64,000 bases of DNA from Candidatus Hydrogenedentota bacterium (GTDB lineage Bacteria; Hydrogenedentota; Hydrogenedentia; Hydrogenedentales; SLHB01): contig CAXXTH010000019.1 in assembly GCA_963668025.2 (NCBI GenBank), forward strand, positions 64,001 to 128,000. The letters run 5' to 3'. Both the position numbers and the translations under genes were made by a program. Numbering within the stretch: the stretch's first letter is position 1; each line of letters begins with the position of its first letter. The notes beneath the pieces were generated by a model. That model did no database searches. It was not told where the DNA came from and saw nothing but the letters and a program-made list of their open reading frames with translations. Shown piece by piece: positions 37,526-47,628 of this stretch.

Positions 37526-37716
37526 AGCGTGAAGCGCTACTCAAGCATCTCAGGCGCTTTGGTTGTCGGCTGGCGAGGGAAGGCGCATCACACTCCATTT
37601 GGTGTAATCCCGGCACGGGAGAGATACAAGCCATTCCCCGGCATGTAGAGATTGCTGAAAAGCTGGCTTTAAGCATATGCCGCAGATTATCGATACCATG
37701 CGCGGGAAAGCACTGA
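37522..37716 (+). CDS. hicA: HicA-family mRNA interferase toxin
   Basis: MKREALLKHL...REGASHSIW...IPRHVEI; ATGA overlap with hicB. Confidence 0.88.
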   Translation: MKREALLKHLRRFGCRLAREGASHSIWCNPGTGEIQAIPRHVEIAEKLALSICRRLSIPCAGKH

Positions 37717-37770
37717 GTACATATAAAAACTGGCGGGGCAAGCCCCACCCTACGGAGGAGAAGGAAAACG

Positions 37771-38175
37771 ATGCGAGGCAATCAAGGTGGTTTCACATTA
37801 ATCGAGCTGATCCTGGTGATGGTCATCATTGGCATCCTTGCGGGAGCGGTGTCGCTCAACCTTTCTGGGCGCGTTACGGACGCCAACAAGGCGCGCGTGC
37901 AAAACGACTTGAAAATATTCGAGACGGCCATTGACATGTACGCGCTCGAACACAATGACAAATATCCCAAGACGCTCGAGGATCTCGTGAATGGTGACCG
38001 GCAATATGTAAAAGAAATGAAGAACGATCCCTGGGGCCATCCGTACAATTTTAAGGTGCCCGGCCAAAACAGACGGCCATATGACCTCTACTCGAATGGC
38101 GCGGATGAACAGCCCGGCACGGCCGATGATATCTCGATTTATGGCACAACAGGAAGCAATTCCGAAGAATCCTGA
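37771..38175 (+). CDS. gspG: Major pseudopilin GspG
   Basis: GFTLIEL, YPKTLEDL, DPWGHPY, LYSNGAD...TADDI. Confidence 0.88.
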   Translation: MRGNQGGFTLIELILVMVIIGILAGAVSLNLSGRVTDANKARVQNDLKIFETAIDMYALEHNDKYPKTLEDLVNGDRQYVKEMKNDPWGHPYNFKVPGQNRRPYDLYSNGADEQPGTADDISIYGTTGSNSEES

Positions 38176-38231
38176 TGTCTACAATGTATTCTACATGGCG
38201 CATTTGAGAATGCGCGTTGAACAGGAAGCGT

Positions 38232-38753
38232 ATGCCTGGCGCAAGCAAACAACAGGGCTGGGAAGCCGAGGCTGGTTTCACGCTCATCGAGCTGATCGTT
38301 GTCGTGGTCATCATCATCATGATGACCGCTGCGGTAACACCCATGTTCGGGAGTTCGCTTCTCAGGGCGCGCAGTGACCGCACCACGCGCGACTTGCTCG
38401 CTTCCGCACGCCATGCCGGTGAAGAAGCGGTGCTCGAAGGAGTGGAGTTCCGCCTTTATCTCGACACAAACAAGCATACCTATTGGCTGGCGCGCTTTGA
38501 AGGCGAAAAAGAAGGCAAGGAAGTCTTCGCGCAGGTTGCCGGAAGCGAAGGTGAAGTACAAGAATTGCCGGAAAGTCTGCGCTTCGAGCGCCCTAAGGCC
38601 AAGCGGGGGGATAAGCAGGAAATCTATTACATCAGTTTTTATCCAGGCGGCTCATGTGATTACGCCGAAATTCGCATGGAAAAAAATAACCGGGATCGAG
38701 TCGAGATTGAAATCAAAGGCACGCCCAGCCGCATTAAGGTGAACGAGCGATGA
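38232..38753 (+). CDS. gspH: Minor pseudopilin GspH-like
   Basis: AGFTLIEL, ARxxA, FYPGGS; position after gspG. Confidence 0.75.
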   Translation: MPGASKQQGWEAEAGFTLIELIVVVVIIIMMTAAVTPMFGSSLLRARSDRTTRDLLASARHAGEEAVLEGVEFRLYLDTNKHTYWLARFEGEKEGKEVFAQVAGSEGEVQELPESLRFERPKAKRGDKQEIYYISFYPGGSCDYAEIRMEKNNRDRVEIEIKGTPSRIKVNER

Positions 38754-39334
38754 ACCGCCGCAGCGCACAGCAGGGATATTTGCTCATCGAGGCCATCGTA
38801 GCCATGGCGGTGCTCAGCGCAGGGGTTGTTGCCATAAACGAATCGCTGCACCGCGCCGTGCTCCTGCGCGCCATTTCGGATGACAATACCCGGGCGGCGT
38901 TCTTTTTGAGCGATATCATGGGGCCTCTCGAAGTGCAATATAACGTGCCCGAAATGACGGTTGAAGGTTCGCTCGCCGAGAAATACGGGAGTAAAAGCAC
39001 TCGTGCGGGAACGGGTGGTTTGGAACGGTTTCGGTATCGAGTCCAAGTAGAAAACTTTGATCTGCCCATGCCCGCGCTTCCGCCGGATCTGCCTCCTGAA
39101 ATGTTCATGGCGCTCGAAGAGGCGGGGAAGAATCAGTTAAGAAAGATCAAAGCCACTATCATGTGGACGCGCGCGAGCCAGAAGTTCGAGTGTACGGCCC
39201 AGACCGTGGTGTTGCAGCAACCGGAATGGACGGATCCCCAACTCGGAACAGCAAAAGACACGGCCAAAGATCAGAAGGCGCAAGACGAGAAAACAGTAAA
39301 AACCAAGCAGAATTCCAAACTCAAAAAACAGTAA
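38750..39334 (+). CDS. gspI: Minor pseudopilin GspI-like
   Basis: QGYLLIEAIVAMAVL prepilin motif; gene order. Confidence 0.7.
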   Translation: MNRRSAQQGYLLIEAIVAMAVLSAGVVAINESLHRAVLLRAISDDNTRAAFFLSDIMGPLEVQYNVPEMTVEGSLAEKYGSKSTRAGTGGLERFRYRVQVENFDLPMPALPPDLPPEMFMALEEAGKNQLRKIKATIMWTRASQKFECTAQTVVLQQPEWTDPQLGTAKDTAKDQKAQDEKTVKTKQNSKLKKQ

Positions 39335-39372
39335 TCCGCAGTATCGAAACCGGCATGAATAATAGGAGCAAA

Positions 39373-40119
39373 ATGGCGAAAGGCCGTAAAAAGGGGTTCA
39401 CTCTTGCCGAGCTATTGGTGGCGTCCACGCTCGTCGCTATCGTTATGGGCTCGGTGTATACGGCTTTCTACTCCTCCATCCGCATTTGGCGCTTGGGCGA
39501 AGAAAACATGAACGCCTACCAAGATGCGCGCATCGCCTCGAATATGGTCCGCAACGACCTGGTCCGCATGATGCCGTATTCCTGGCATCTATTTGAAGGC
39601 GACGATTCCGAATTCGGATTCTACACCATTACGCCGCCCTTAGATGTCGAAACGGGCGTTATCCCACGGATCATGTGGGTGCATTATGAAGTGAAAAAAG
39701 ATGGCGATGGGGCGCTTTTGGAGCGGGATGAACAGCCGGTCGAGGGGCCGCTTCCGCTTCAATATCCCGGCATGGAAGAAGCGCCGGATATCAAGACGAA
39801 AGTCGATCTGGGCGATAAAGAAACCTTCACCGTTTCCACCAACATACTCAAAATGAAGGTCGAGTATATATGGCTTCCCGCCCCGCCAGAGATCCCGGAG
39901 GGTGGGGCCCCCACGGAAAGTGAAGCCGAAGAAGAAGCCGCCACGCTCGCGGAGCCGGTGGTGAAAGATGAACCCATGGAGGACTGGGACAAGCCGCAGG
40001 CCATGCGGATCACGTTCTTGGTCCATGATACGCGCGAAGAAAAGGAAACCACTACTTTTACGGCATATATTCCATTCAACGGCTCGCCGCCGACGCTCAC
40101 AGCGGAGGATATGGAATAA
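39373..40119 (+). CDS. gspJ: Minor pseudopilin GspJ-like
   Basis: KGFTLAELLVA; C-terminal PQAMRITF; gene order. Confidence 0.72.
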   Translation: MAKGRKKGFTLAELLVASTLVAIVMGSVYTAFYSSIRIWRLGEENMNAYQDARIASNMVRNDLVRMMPYSWHLFEGDDSEFGFYTITPPLDVETGVIPRIMWVHYEVKKDGDGALLERDEQPVEGPLPLQYPGMEEAPDIKTKVDLGDKETFTVSTNILKMKVEYIWLPAPPEIPEGGAPTESEAEEEAATLAEPVVKDEPMEDWDKPQAMRITFLVHDTREEKETTTFTAYIPFNGSPPTLTAEDME

Positions 40120-41168
40120 TGCGCCGCAAAAACGGGTTCGTATTGATTTTCGTGCTGTGGGTGCTGGCGATTTTGACCGTGATGACCCTCGGATTCGGCC
40201 GCCGCGCGCTGCTTGACGCCCGTTCGGCTTCGTATACGCTTGATGAAGTGCAGGCGCGGGCCGAAGCGAAGGGCGCTGTGTTCCGCGCCATCGCGGACAT
40301 GAAACAGCGGCAACTGATGTTCTCGATCCTCGGCGCCGCCATGACCGCCGATCCGCAAAACGCCAATTTAGCGGGCTTCGCCAAACAGCAGGAAAACATC
40401 TTTCTCCCCCATGACGCATCGAATACCTACGCCAGCGCGGAAGCAGGCGGAGGCAATGCGCCCGCAAGCGCCGCCCCTCCCCCCGCACAAGGAGCCGGAG
40501 GCGAAACAGCAGGGTCTTCTGAATCCAAAGACGAATGCGGATATCGCATCGAAGATGAAGAACGCCGCTTCAACATCAATACCGTGCCGGAGCAAATCCT
40601 GGATAATATCGAGATCCTGGATTTCCGTACGGCGGAGGCCATCATCGAGCGCACGCGGAAAAACGATGAAGGCGACGCGGAGCCCTTCATGGCTATCGAG
40701 GAGCTGCTATTCCTTCGAGGCATGGAAGAAGAAACCTTTACAGGCGAAGACGGCCAGCCAGGTTTGCGCGACATTTTTACGGTATATGGCGATGGAAAAG
40801 TGAACATCAACACGGCGTCAAGGGCCGTGTTGATGGGCATTCCGGATATAGATGAGGATTCGGTTGACGCCATTGTGGCGTTTCTAAATGGCATGGATCA
40901 GAAGAGATACACGGCCGATGATCAAATGGTGTCTTCCTTTGATGCGCTTCAATCCGAACTCAAGCTTGATCCAGCCGTCGTGACGCTGCTTAATCAGTAT
41001 TGCAAGACCGAGTCAGAGTTCTATAGAATTATTGGATATTCGACCCGCCGAAACGGACGAGTACGCGCGACATGCACCGCCGTATGCCAGATTAAGGGCT
41101 TGGCTAATCCAAAGGATGAATTTGTGATTTCAATGCTAGACTGGAAGGAGAGTGTCGGTGGCCCGTAA
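40119..41168 (+). CDS. gspK: Minor pseudopilin GspK
   Basis: NGFVLIFVLWVL (no Glu5), IEDEERRFNIN, GKVNINTA. Confidence 0.85.
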   Translation: MRRKNGFVLIFVLWVLAILTVMTLGFGRRALLDARSASYTLDEVQARAEAKGAVFRAIADMKQRQLMFSILGAAMTADPQNANLAGFAKQQENIFLPHDASNTYASAEAGGGNAPASAAPPPAQGAGGETAGSSESKDECGYRIEDEERRFNINTVPEQILDNIEILDFRTAEAIIERTRKNDEGDAEPFMAIEELLFLRGMEEETFTGEDGQPGLRDIFTVYGDGKVNINTASRAVLMGIPDIDEDSVDAIVAFLNGMDQKRYTADDQMVSSFDALQSELKLDPAVVTLLNQYCKTESEFYRIIGYSTRRNGRVRATCTAVCQIKGLANPKDEFVISMLDWKESVGGP

Positions 41169-42624
41169 AAGTGGGCAAATCAGCATATTGCAGGTGGATG
41201 CAAACACGATCAACCGGTTGCGCGTGCGCCCCAGCAGCGCGGGGGTTGAAGTCACCGCGTATGACCAGGAGCGCGGCTCATGGACGGATGAATCCGCCCT
41301 CGCGGATGCGCTCAAGGTGTTCGCCCGCACCCATCGCTTGGCAGAAGACGAACTCTATAGTGTGCTGCCCCGGCACACGATGACCGCGCGCATCCTCGCG
41401 CTTCCATCCAATGATCTGGATGAAATCCGCGGCATGGTGCGCCTCGGGGCCGAAGAATTCGTGCCCTACCCCGCCCATGAATTGGTCATCGACCAATGTG
41501 TGCTGCAGAAACTCCCCGAGGGCATTTCAAACGTGCTGGCTGTTTTTGCCCATCGCGATGTGGTGGATGGCCATGTGCATCTGATGAAAGCCGCCGGGCT
41601 TGAACCCCATAGAATCTTTATCAGCACGGCATGCATCGCTTCTGCCGCTCGGGACGCTTGGAAAGGCGGCAGTGAGCCTTACGCCATCGTCAATCTGGCT
41701 TCGGGGGGAATCGAAGTCCTCATCATGAAAGATGGCTTTCTCGCCTACGGGCGGGGAGTGAGCACCACCCAGAATTGGGACACGCTCGAGGATAACGATA
41801 GTGAAGCCGGAGAAGAGCTGGCCATCGAGGTGAAAGCGTCGTTGTCCGCCTACCGGCGCGAATCCGAAGACGGGCAAAGCGTCGAAAAGGTGTTCATCTG
41901 TTCTGAAGGCGCAAACACCGAGGTGGCTGCGGCCGTTCTCGCCGAACAGACCGGCCTCGAGTGCGCCCCTACGCTGTTTGCCGCCAGCCTTGTCCATGGA
42001 ACCATCGCATCTCCGGCCACATTGCCGCTGGTATCGCTAGGTGCGGCTCTCGCCGCTCAGCAGCGAGAATCCGTCGCCATCGACCTCGTGCCGCAATCGC
42101 TGTTGAATGCGCGCGCCGAGGCATCCAACCGCCGCACGCTTATAGGCTCCGGATTGTTGTTAGGGTGCATTGTCGTGGCGCTGCTCGTCCTATATGGGAT
42201 CGGCACACACCAAAGAAACGCCTATATTACCCAGCTAGACGCCGAGATTGCCCTCGTTGCGGATAAAGCCACGGAAGTGCGGGATATGCAAAGCAAGCTG
42301 ACCCGGCTTAAAGAACAAGTCGATCGTTCAGGAACAGCGCTCGAGCTTATGGCCGATGTGGTGAAATTAATGCCCCCAAAAAATATGGCCATCACCAAGT
42401 TCTCGTTTGCCCGGAATGTAGAAATTACCATCGAGCTTCGAGTGAATGACCCCGCGGAAGCGGAACGCTTCACGAACAGCTTGCGTGAATCCAACGAACT
42501 GTTTAAAGACGCCAGCATGGGTAAAATCGGCACGATCCAGGAACGGGGCCGCACGTTGAACCAGCTCGAAATCAATATCCCATTGCCGGCGCCCGCGTCG
42601 GAAGAAGAAGGGGGCGGCCAGTGA
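41158..42624 (+). CDS. GspL-like (PilM/PilN-type) inner-membrane assembly protein
   Basis: Actin-like cytoplasmic domain (EEFVPYP), IDLVP before a single TM, coiled coil and periplasmic domain. Confidence 0.7.
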   Translation: MARKSGQISILQVDANTINRLRVRPSSAGVEVTAYDQERGSWTDESALADALKVFARTHRLAEDELYSVLPRHTMTARILALPSNDLDEIRGMVRLGAEEFVPYPAHELVIDQCVLQKLPEGISNVLAVFAHRDVVDGHVHLMKAAGLEPHRIFISTACIASAARDAWKGGSEPYAIVNLASGGIEVLIMKDGFLAYGRGVSTTQNWDTLEDNDSEAGEELAIEVKASLSAYRRESEDGQSVEKVFICSEGANTEVAAAVLAEQTGLECAPTLFAASLVHGTIASPATLPLVSLGAALAAQQRESVAIDLVPQSLLNARAEASNRRTLIGSGLLLGCIVVALLVLYGIGTHQRNAYITQLDAEIALVADKATEVRDMQSKLTRLKEQVDRSGTALELMADVVKLMPPKNMAITKFSFARNVEITIELRVNDPAEAERFTNSLRESNELFKDASMGKIGTIQERGRTLNQLEINIPLPAPASEEEGGGQ

Positions 42625-43301
42625 GCAGCCGATGGAGCCAAATGTCCCCGCGTGAACGGCGGCTTGCCGCCATCACTACCGTGATTGTCGGCATTATGCT
42701 CGCGTATATAGGCGTATCGCGTACGGTGGGGCATATTAAAAATTTGGATACAACCATCGCCTTGCGGCAAGGCGAACTGCGCGCCGATACGGTGCGCGCC
42801 GCCACGTATGATCGCGTCGTGCAGACATTTAGCGCCGTAGCGGAAGAGCACTCGAGCCAATTAGATGAGGCCAAGATCCGCGACCGCCTGCTTGCGGAGA
42901 TCTTGCGCCTGAGCATGGCGAAAATCCCTCCCGCCAGCAGCGCCGCCACCAGTTACACCGGCCCCAAGCTGGTGAACATCCCTTCTTTTCCCGAGGGCGA
43001 GCTGGAGGATTTAGGAGATGGATACCGGGAATATCGCATCCAACTTCGGACCGACCCGACTCGAATCGACAATATCGCTACTTTTTTACAACGCATCGAG
43101 GAAAGCGAGCAGCTTCTTCGGGTGGATAGCCTGGAACTGAGGCGGCCAAATCCGGAAGAAACAAGCGTGACAGCCAATATTTTGGTGACGCGCACACTCA
43201 TAGATTATTCGGGCATTGGCGATGAAGAACAAGCGCCTGAAACCGCTCCCAGCAGTGAGAATGCTGGCGAAGCGGCTTCTGAAGCGCCTGCGGCTCCATA
43301 A
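42621..43301 (+). CDS. GspM/PilO-like protein
   Basis: WSQMSPRERRL + TM; FLQRIEES...LRVDSLEL. Confidence 0.72.
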   Translation: MSSRWSQMSPRERRLAAITTVIVGIMLAYIGVSRTVGHIKNLDTTIALRQGELRADTVRAATYDRVVQTFSAVAEEHSSQLDEAKIRDRLLAEILRLSMAKIPPASSAATSYTGPKLVNIPSFPEGELEDLGDGYREYRIQLRTDPTRIDNIATFLQRIEESEQLLRVDSLELRRPNPEETSVTANILVTRTLIDYSGIGDEEQAPETAPSSENAGEAASEAPAAP

Positions 43302-43351
43302 CGGCCTTTAAGCGCCGCGCCAGATGAGGCGCCATTCCCGAAGGAGGGACC

Positions 43352-43873
43352 ATGAATAAACAACGAATCGGCTTCGCATTGGGCATCGCTGTCCTGGCGG
43401 GGCTGTGTGTGATGGCCATACTCAACTTGGTGAAAAACCCGGTCGAGGCGCGCTATGGCGATATCGCCTCGATCATTGAAGCCGATGAAATCTATGAGAT
43501 TAGCATACTCTATGATGGGGATGATGGAGATGGCGGCCAAGACAGCCAAAGCCCCGCGGCGAAAATGCGCAACGAGATCGCCAGCCGGGCCAGCTTATGG
43601 GCTCCCATCGTGGATGTTCCGCCTCCGCCAGCGCCCCCGCCCGATTGGAATAAGCTGCTCAAAGGCATCATACTAACGCGTACATTTATCGGTGAAGGCC
43701 CTGAGCGCAAGGTGAAGATTCTTAAAGATCCCAAAGATACCGTCGGGGAATGGGTCGGTGCGGGCTCGCGCGTCAATGGCCTTTTAGTAAAAGAAGTAAC
43801 AGATACCGCCGTTGTGTTTACTACCTTTGCAAACGGAAAAGAATATGAATACCGCATGTTGTTCCGCCGATGA
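43352..43873 (+). CDS. GspC/PilP-like protein
   Basis: N-terminal TM, Pro-rich linker, HR-like LKGII...VGAGSRVNGLLVKEVTDTAVV. Confidence 0.6.
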   Translation: MNKQRIGFALGIAVLAGLCVMAILNLVKNPVEARYGDIASIIEADEIYEISILYDGDDGDGGQDSQSPAAKMRNEIASRASLWAPIVDVPPPPAPPPDWNKLLKGIILTRTFIGEGPERKVKILKDPKDTVGEWVGAGSRVNGLLVKEVTDTAVVFTTFANGKEYEYRMLFRR

Positions 43874-43878
43874 GTTGT

Positions 43879-43905
43879 GTCAACCCGGCTAGGCGGAGCC
43901 TCGTA
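43879..43905 (+). promoter_or_regulatory. ECF-type promoter GTCAAC-N17-CGTA upstream of the secretin gene
   Basis: Same architecture as the motif at 30496. Confidence 0.45.
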
Positions 43906-44047
43906 TACCAAGCGTAGAAGAGATTGCCATTTTCGAGCAAGCGCAAACCCCATGGAGGGAGAAGCGCGGCTAGGGGTCCGGTTTCCGCTCCACATGTTGC
44001 AAAACAGGGGCAGGCCGCAGATAAGGGAAAGAAAGCGCAGGGGTGAG

Positions 44048-46483
44048 ATGAATCATCGGCATGGGATGTGGTGGGTAATCGGTGTAGGAGTTGCGGCCAT
44101 GTGCGCCACACTAATGTCCCCTGCTTTCGGGCAAACAAGCCCAACCGGCTCGGATGGGCCATCGGCCTCTAGTGTCACAACCGACATACCAGGCGGTGAA
44201 CAAGGCCAGGGCGCCGAACAAGGCCAGGGCGGCTCGACCGTACAAACAGGGGAATCTCCGCCAGCGCCTCGCCCGACCGTTAAAGCCGTACGCGCCACGA
44301 GCAGCGGCGCCCGCTCCCAAGGCAAAGAAGGCTTCGACGCCAGTTTGTTCAATCCGATTGAATGGCCTGAGATTCCCGATGAAGGCAAGCGCATGACGTG
44401 GACATCCGCTGGCGCGCCCGTGCCCGTGGTTCAACTCGCCGACGCCATCGCCGTGGCGACCAATTGGAACATCAGCACCTCCAAGGCCCTGGAAGAAGAG
44501 CAGATCCGCGTGTGGGCCACCAATGTGACCCCACGTGAACTGCTTAAAATCATGAAAAATTTCGGCATCTATTATGATTGGGATCCTACCATCAAGCTCC
44601 TGCGCCTGATGACGGTGGAAGAACACCTTAAAGCAAAATATGGCTCCATCTCCGAGGATGTATTCGAGATCAAACACGCCAAAGTCCAGGATATCGAAAA
44701 TATCCTCACCTCTCTTCTCTCGGAAAAAGGAAAGATCGTCGTAGATCCCCGCACCGGGCATGCCATGGTGTGGGATACGCCGGACAACTTGAAAGTCATG
44801 AAAGACACCCTCGAACGGGTAGACAAACCGCTCAAGGAAGCTGTTTTCCACTTGAAGCATATGGATGCGGACAGCGTGGTCGAGAACCTCACGGATGTCA
44901 TGTCCGAGGTCGGATATGCCCATGCGGACCAGCGCTCGAACTCGATTATCGTCGTCGACCTCCCTTCGCGCCAGGAGAAAATCGGCGACATTATCGCGGC
45001 GCTTGACCAGCCGCTCGAAACACGCACCTGGACTCTAAATTATCTGGAGCCTAAAGATGCGCTCGACCGGATCGGCAATCTGGTGCCTGAGGAAATGGGC
45101 CCCTCCTCGACAGACGAAAAAACCCACCAAATCAGCGTAACGGCCATTCCCGCGCGCCTTGAAGAAATCGACAAAATGCTCAAGGATTGGGATGTGGCCC
45201 GCAAGCAAGTGCAGATTCAGGCATATCTCGTCCTGGCGGATTCAAACATTGCCCGGCAGCTTGGCGTCAATTGGAATTACTTTGACGAGAAAAGCGGCTC
45301 GTCCTTCGCGTTACAGAACGGAGCGGCCTCTCCGGATTACTCGGTGCAATCTGGTGAAGGCCAGCGCCTGACCATTGGCACGCTGCCATACCAGGTGCCT
45401 CTCGTGAATTTCTGGACGGGCGAGGCGTTGAAGGATGCGGATGGCAACACCATCCTCGATCCGGAGTTTAAAGGCAACCGCATCAGCGCGGTCATAAAAC
45501 TCCTCGAAGACAACAACGTCGCGAAGGTGCTTTCCAGCCCGCGCGTCACGGTGATGGATGGCGAAGAGGCGAAATTCGAGGATACGCGAGATCGGCCGTA
45601 TCAAACGAGCGGCTACTCGTCTTACAATAATAACAATAATAACAACAACAGTAATTATTACAGCAATGTGATTCCGATGTCTGTTCAATTTGTCAATGTG
45701 GGCACTATCTTGAATGTGACGCCTCGCATCAATGAAGAACAGAACATCGTGATGGAGATCAGCGCGGAAGACAGCGACGCGACGGATGAAACCATTATCG
45801 TGGGCGATCAAGAGAGCACCGTGCCCAGCAAGAGTAAAAAAACTGCCGAAACCATCGTCATGGTGCATGACGGCCAGACGATCGTACTTGGCGGCTTGCG
45901 CACGACTCGCGCGGAAGATGACCTGAACAAGGTGCCGGTTCTCGGCGATGTGCCTCTGCTGAAACACCTCTTCCGCACATCCGACCGTTCGAGCCAGCAG
46001 CGCGATATCATGATCTTCCTCACGCCCACGATTTCGGATGAATTCACCAAACAAGAAGCGGACCGCCTGGCGCAGTTTGATGCGGATTTGGCTAAAAACG
46101 TGCGGCATAAAGAAAAAGACATCAAGGGGCGCGCTGAAGACAAGATTGCAAGCGGGAAAAATGAGATCATGCTCGCGGTCGGCCAATCGGGTGCGATGTA
46201 CTCCGACGGGAAACCGATGGTCATGGCGGATCTGGATGAGCTTCTAGCTGGCCAGGATTCCCCCAAATCGGTGACGCTCGTTATCCGCAGCCACCCGGAA
46301 ACGCCAGCGGAAGTGCTTGATGGCATCCAAACCTTGGCGGATCAATATGGCGTTAAGGTAGAACACGATCAGCGTATATCGGTGTTTGTGCCCTCGCCGC
46401 GCCCGGATAAGTCTGCGGAAGAAGCAGCGCCTGCCGCCGTGGAACAGAACCTGGAGCCGCTGGGCGAATCGCCTGAGTCTTGA
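44048..46483 (+). CDS. gspD: Secretin GspD with an extra C-terminal ExbD-like domain
   Basis: Signal peptide, N-domain repeats, QVQIQA, LSSPRV, GTILNVTPRIN, DGQTIVLGGL, KVPVLGDVPLL, IFLTPTI. Confidence 0.88.
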   Translation: MNHRHGMWWVIGVGVAAMCATLMSPAFGQTSPTGSDGPSASSVTTDIPGGEQGQGAEQGQGGSTVQTGESPPAPRPTVKAVRATSSGARSQGKEGFDASLFNPIEWPEIPDEGKRMTWTSAGAPVPVVQLADAIAVATNWNISTSKALEEEQIRVWATNVTPRELLKIMKNFGIYYDWDPTIKLLRLMTVEEHLKAKYGSISEDVFEIKHAKVQDIENILTSLLSEKGKIVVDPRTGHAMVWDTPDNLKVMKDTLERVDKPLKEAVFHLKHMDADSVVENLTDVMSEVGYAHADQRSNSIIVVDLPSRQEKIGDIIAALDQPLETRTWTLNYLEPKDALDRIGNLVPEEMGPSSTDEKTHQISVTAIPARLEEIDKMLKDWDVARKQVQIQAYLVLADSNIARQLGVNWNYFDEKSGSSFALQNGAASPDYSVQSGEGQRLTIGTLPYQVPLVNFWTGEALKDADGNTILDPEFKGNRISAVIKLLEDNNVAKVLSSPRVTVMDGEEAKFEDTRDRPYQTSGYSSYNNNNNNNNSNYYSNVIPMSVQFVNVGTILNVTPRINEEQNIVMEISAEDSDATDETIIVGDQESTVPSKSKKTAETIVMVHDGQTIVLGGLRTTRAEDDLNKVPVLGDVPLLKHLFRTSDRSSQQRDIMIFLTPTISDEFTKQEADRLAQFDADLAKNVRHKEKDIKGRAEDKIASGKNEIMLAVGQSGAMYSDGKPMVMADLDELLAGQDSPKSVTLVIRSHPETPAEVLDGIQTLADQYGVKVEHDQRISVFVPSPRPDKSAEEAAPAAVEQNLEPLGESPES

Positions 46484-46542
46484 TTTGCACACATTTACTT
46501 GGGATATCTCTCAGGGAAGCCTTTATGGCTTCCCTGAGTGCG

Positions 46543-47628
46543 TTATACCTGTTCCCTGGGAGTTGGGAATTTCGTAGCGCAGGGCGCGGAGCCAAGGGTC
46601 TTGTCCAGCAAGGGCATGCTGGCATGCCCAGGCGCAAACACCGCCAAGATGCGTTCACGCACCAACGGAAGGGAAGCCTCCGGCGCTCCCGGCAACGAGA
46701 TCTGCCCGCCTGCCATGCAATAATGCCCGCCTCCTGTGCCTATCCGGCGCACTACGCGCCGCACCTTGGCCGCGACATTGCCGCGCATATCCAGCGCCCG
46801 CGCGGACAAATGGATCGTCCCCCCGCAATCGCCATAGCAAACGGAGGTGCGCATGCCTTCCAAGCGCAGCATCAATTCCGCCACTTCCGCAAAAATATCC
46901 GGATTCCCAGCCTTGCGCACCAAGGTAATAATCGCCGAACCCGCGACCTCCGCATTCGATAGGCCGCATCGGAGCATGGAAAAATAACTCGGGGGCACGG
47001 GCGCACGGCGAATATGCGCCATGCGCTTGCGGTCCATCAATGGCACGAGCGCCGTAAAGGCTTCTATGTCGGCGGGACAGGTCTCGCGGCCCAATTCCTG
47101 GGTATCCGAACGGATGCCGTAATATAGAGCCGTGGCCAGGCGGGCATCCGGCTCGATGCGCGCCGCCAGCATATACTCATAAAGAATCGTCGAGGTGGCT
47201 CCGTAAAAAGGCCGGATGTCACATAATTCCGCGCTCCAATGCGCTTGCGGGGGCCGGATGTGATGGTCAATCACGACATCCGCCGTACGGCTGGCCTCCA
47301 ACACGTTGTTGCCGGAATACGGCTGGGTGTCCACCAAGCAGATCGTCTTGAAGCCCGAAAGCTCGCCCGGCTCGAACCGGCGCAATTTGATGCCCAATTC
47401 CTCGACCATCGCCCGGTTTTCCGCACGCCCCAGCATGCCGCCGTAGCCGATCTCGACCCGCCGCCCGAGGCATTGGCTGGCGATCTCCCGAATGGCCGCG
47501 GCGCTGGCGATGGCGTCCGGATCGGGGCTGTTCTGCATCAACACCAGCGCCCGCCCACGCCGCCCGCATATAGCGAGCAGCTTCTCCAAATTCGCCGATG
47601 AACGCTCGATATCTAGTCCTTCCGGCAT
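46543..47628 (-). CDS. DHH family phosphoesterase
   Basis: PDPDA, LVDTQP, IDHH, GATST, GIRSDT, GTGGGH...AGG. Confidence 0.88.
   Translation of the reverse strand: MPEGLDIERSSANLEKLLAICGRRGRALVLMQNSPDPDAIASAAAIREIASQCLGRRVEIGYGGMLGRAENRAMVEELGIKLRRFEPGELSGFKTICLVDTQPYSGNNVLEASRTADVVIDHHIRPPQAHWSAELCDIRPFYGATSTILYEYMLAARIEPDARLATALYYGIRSDTQELGRETCPADIEAFTALVPLMDRKRMAHIRRAPVPPSYFSMLRCGLSNAEVAGSAIITLVRKAGNPDIFAEVAELMLRLEGMRTSVCYGDCGGTIHLSARALDMRGNVAAKVRRVVRRIGTGGGHYCMAGGQISLPGAPEASLPLVRERILAVFAPGHASMPLLDKTLGSAPCATKFPTPREQV

Noticed and set aside
45624-45667. AAY trinucleotide run (poly-Asn) in the secretin as a phase-variation tract
   Set aside because: In-frame mixed AAT/AAC codons; low-complexity Asn/Ser loops are common in secretins.
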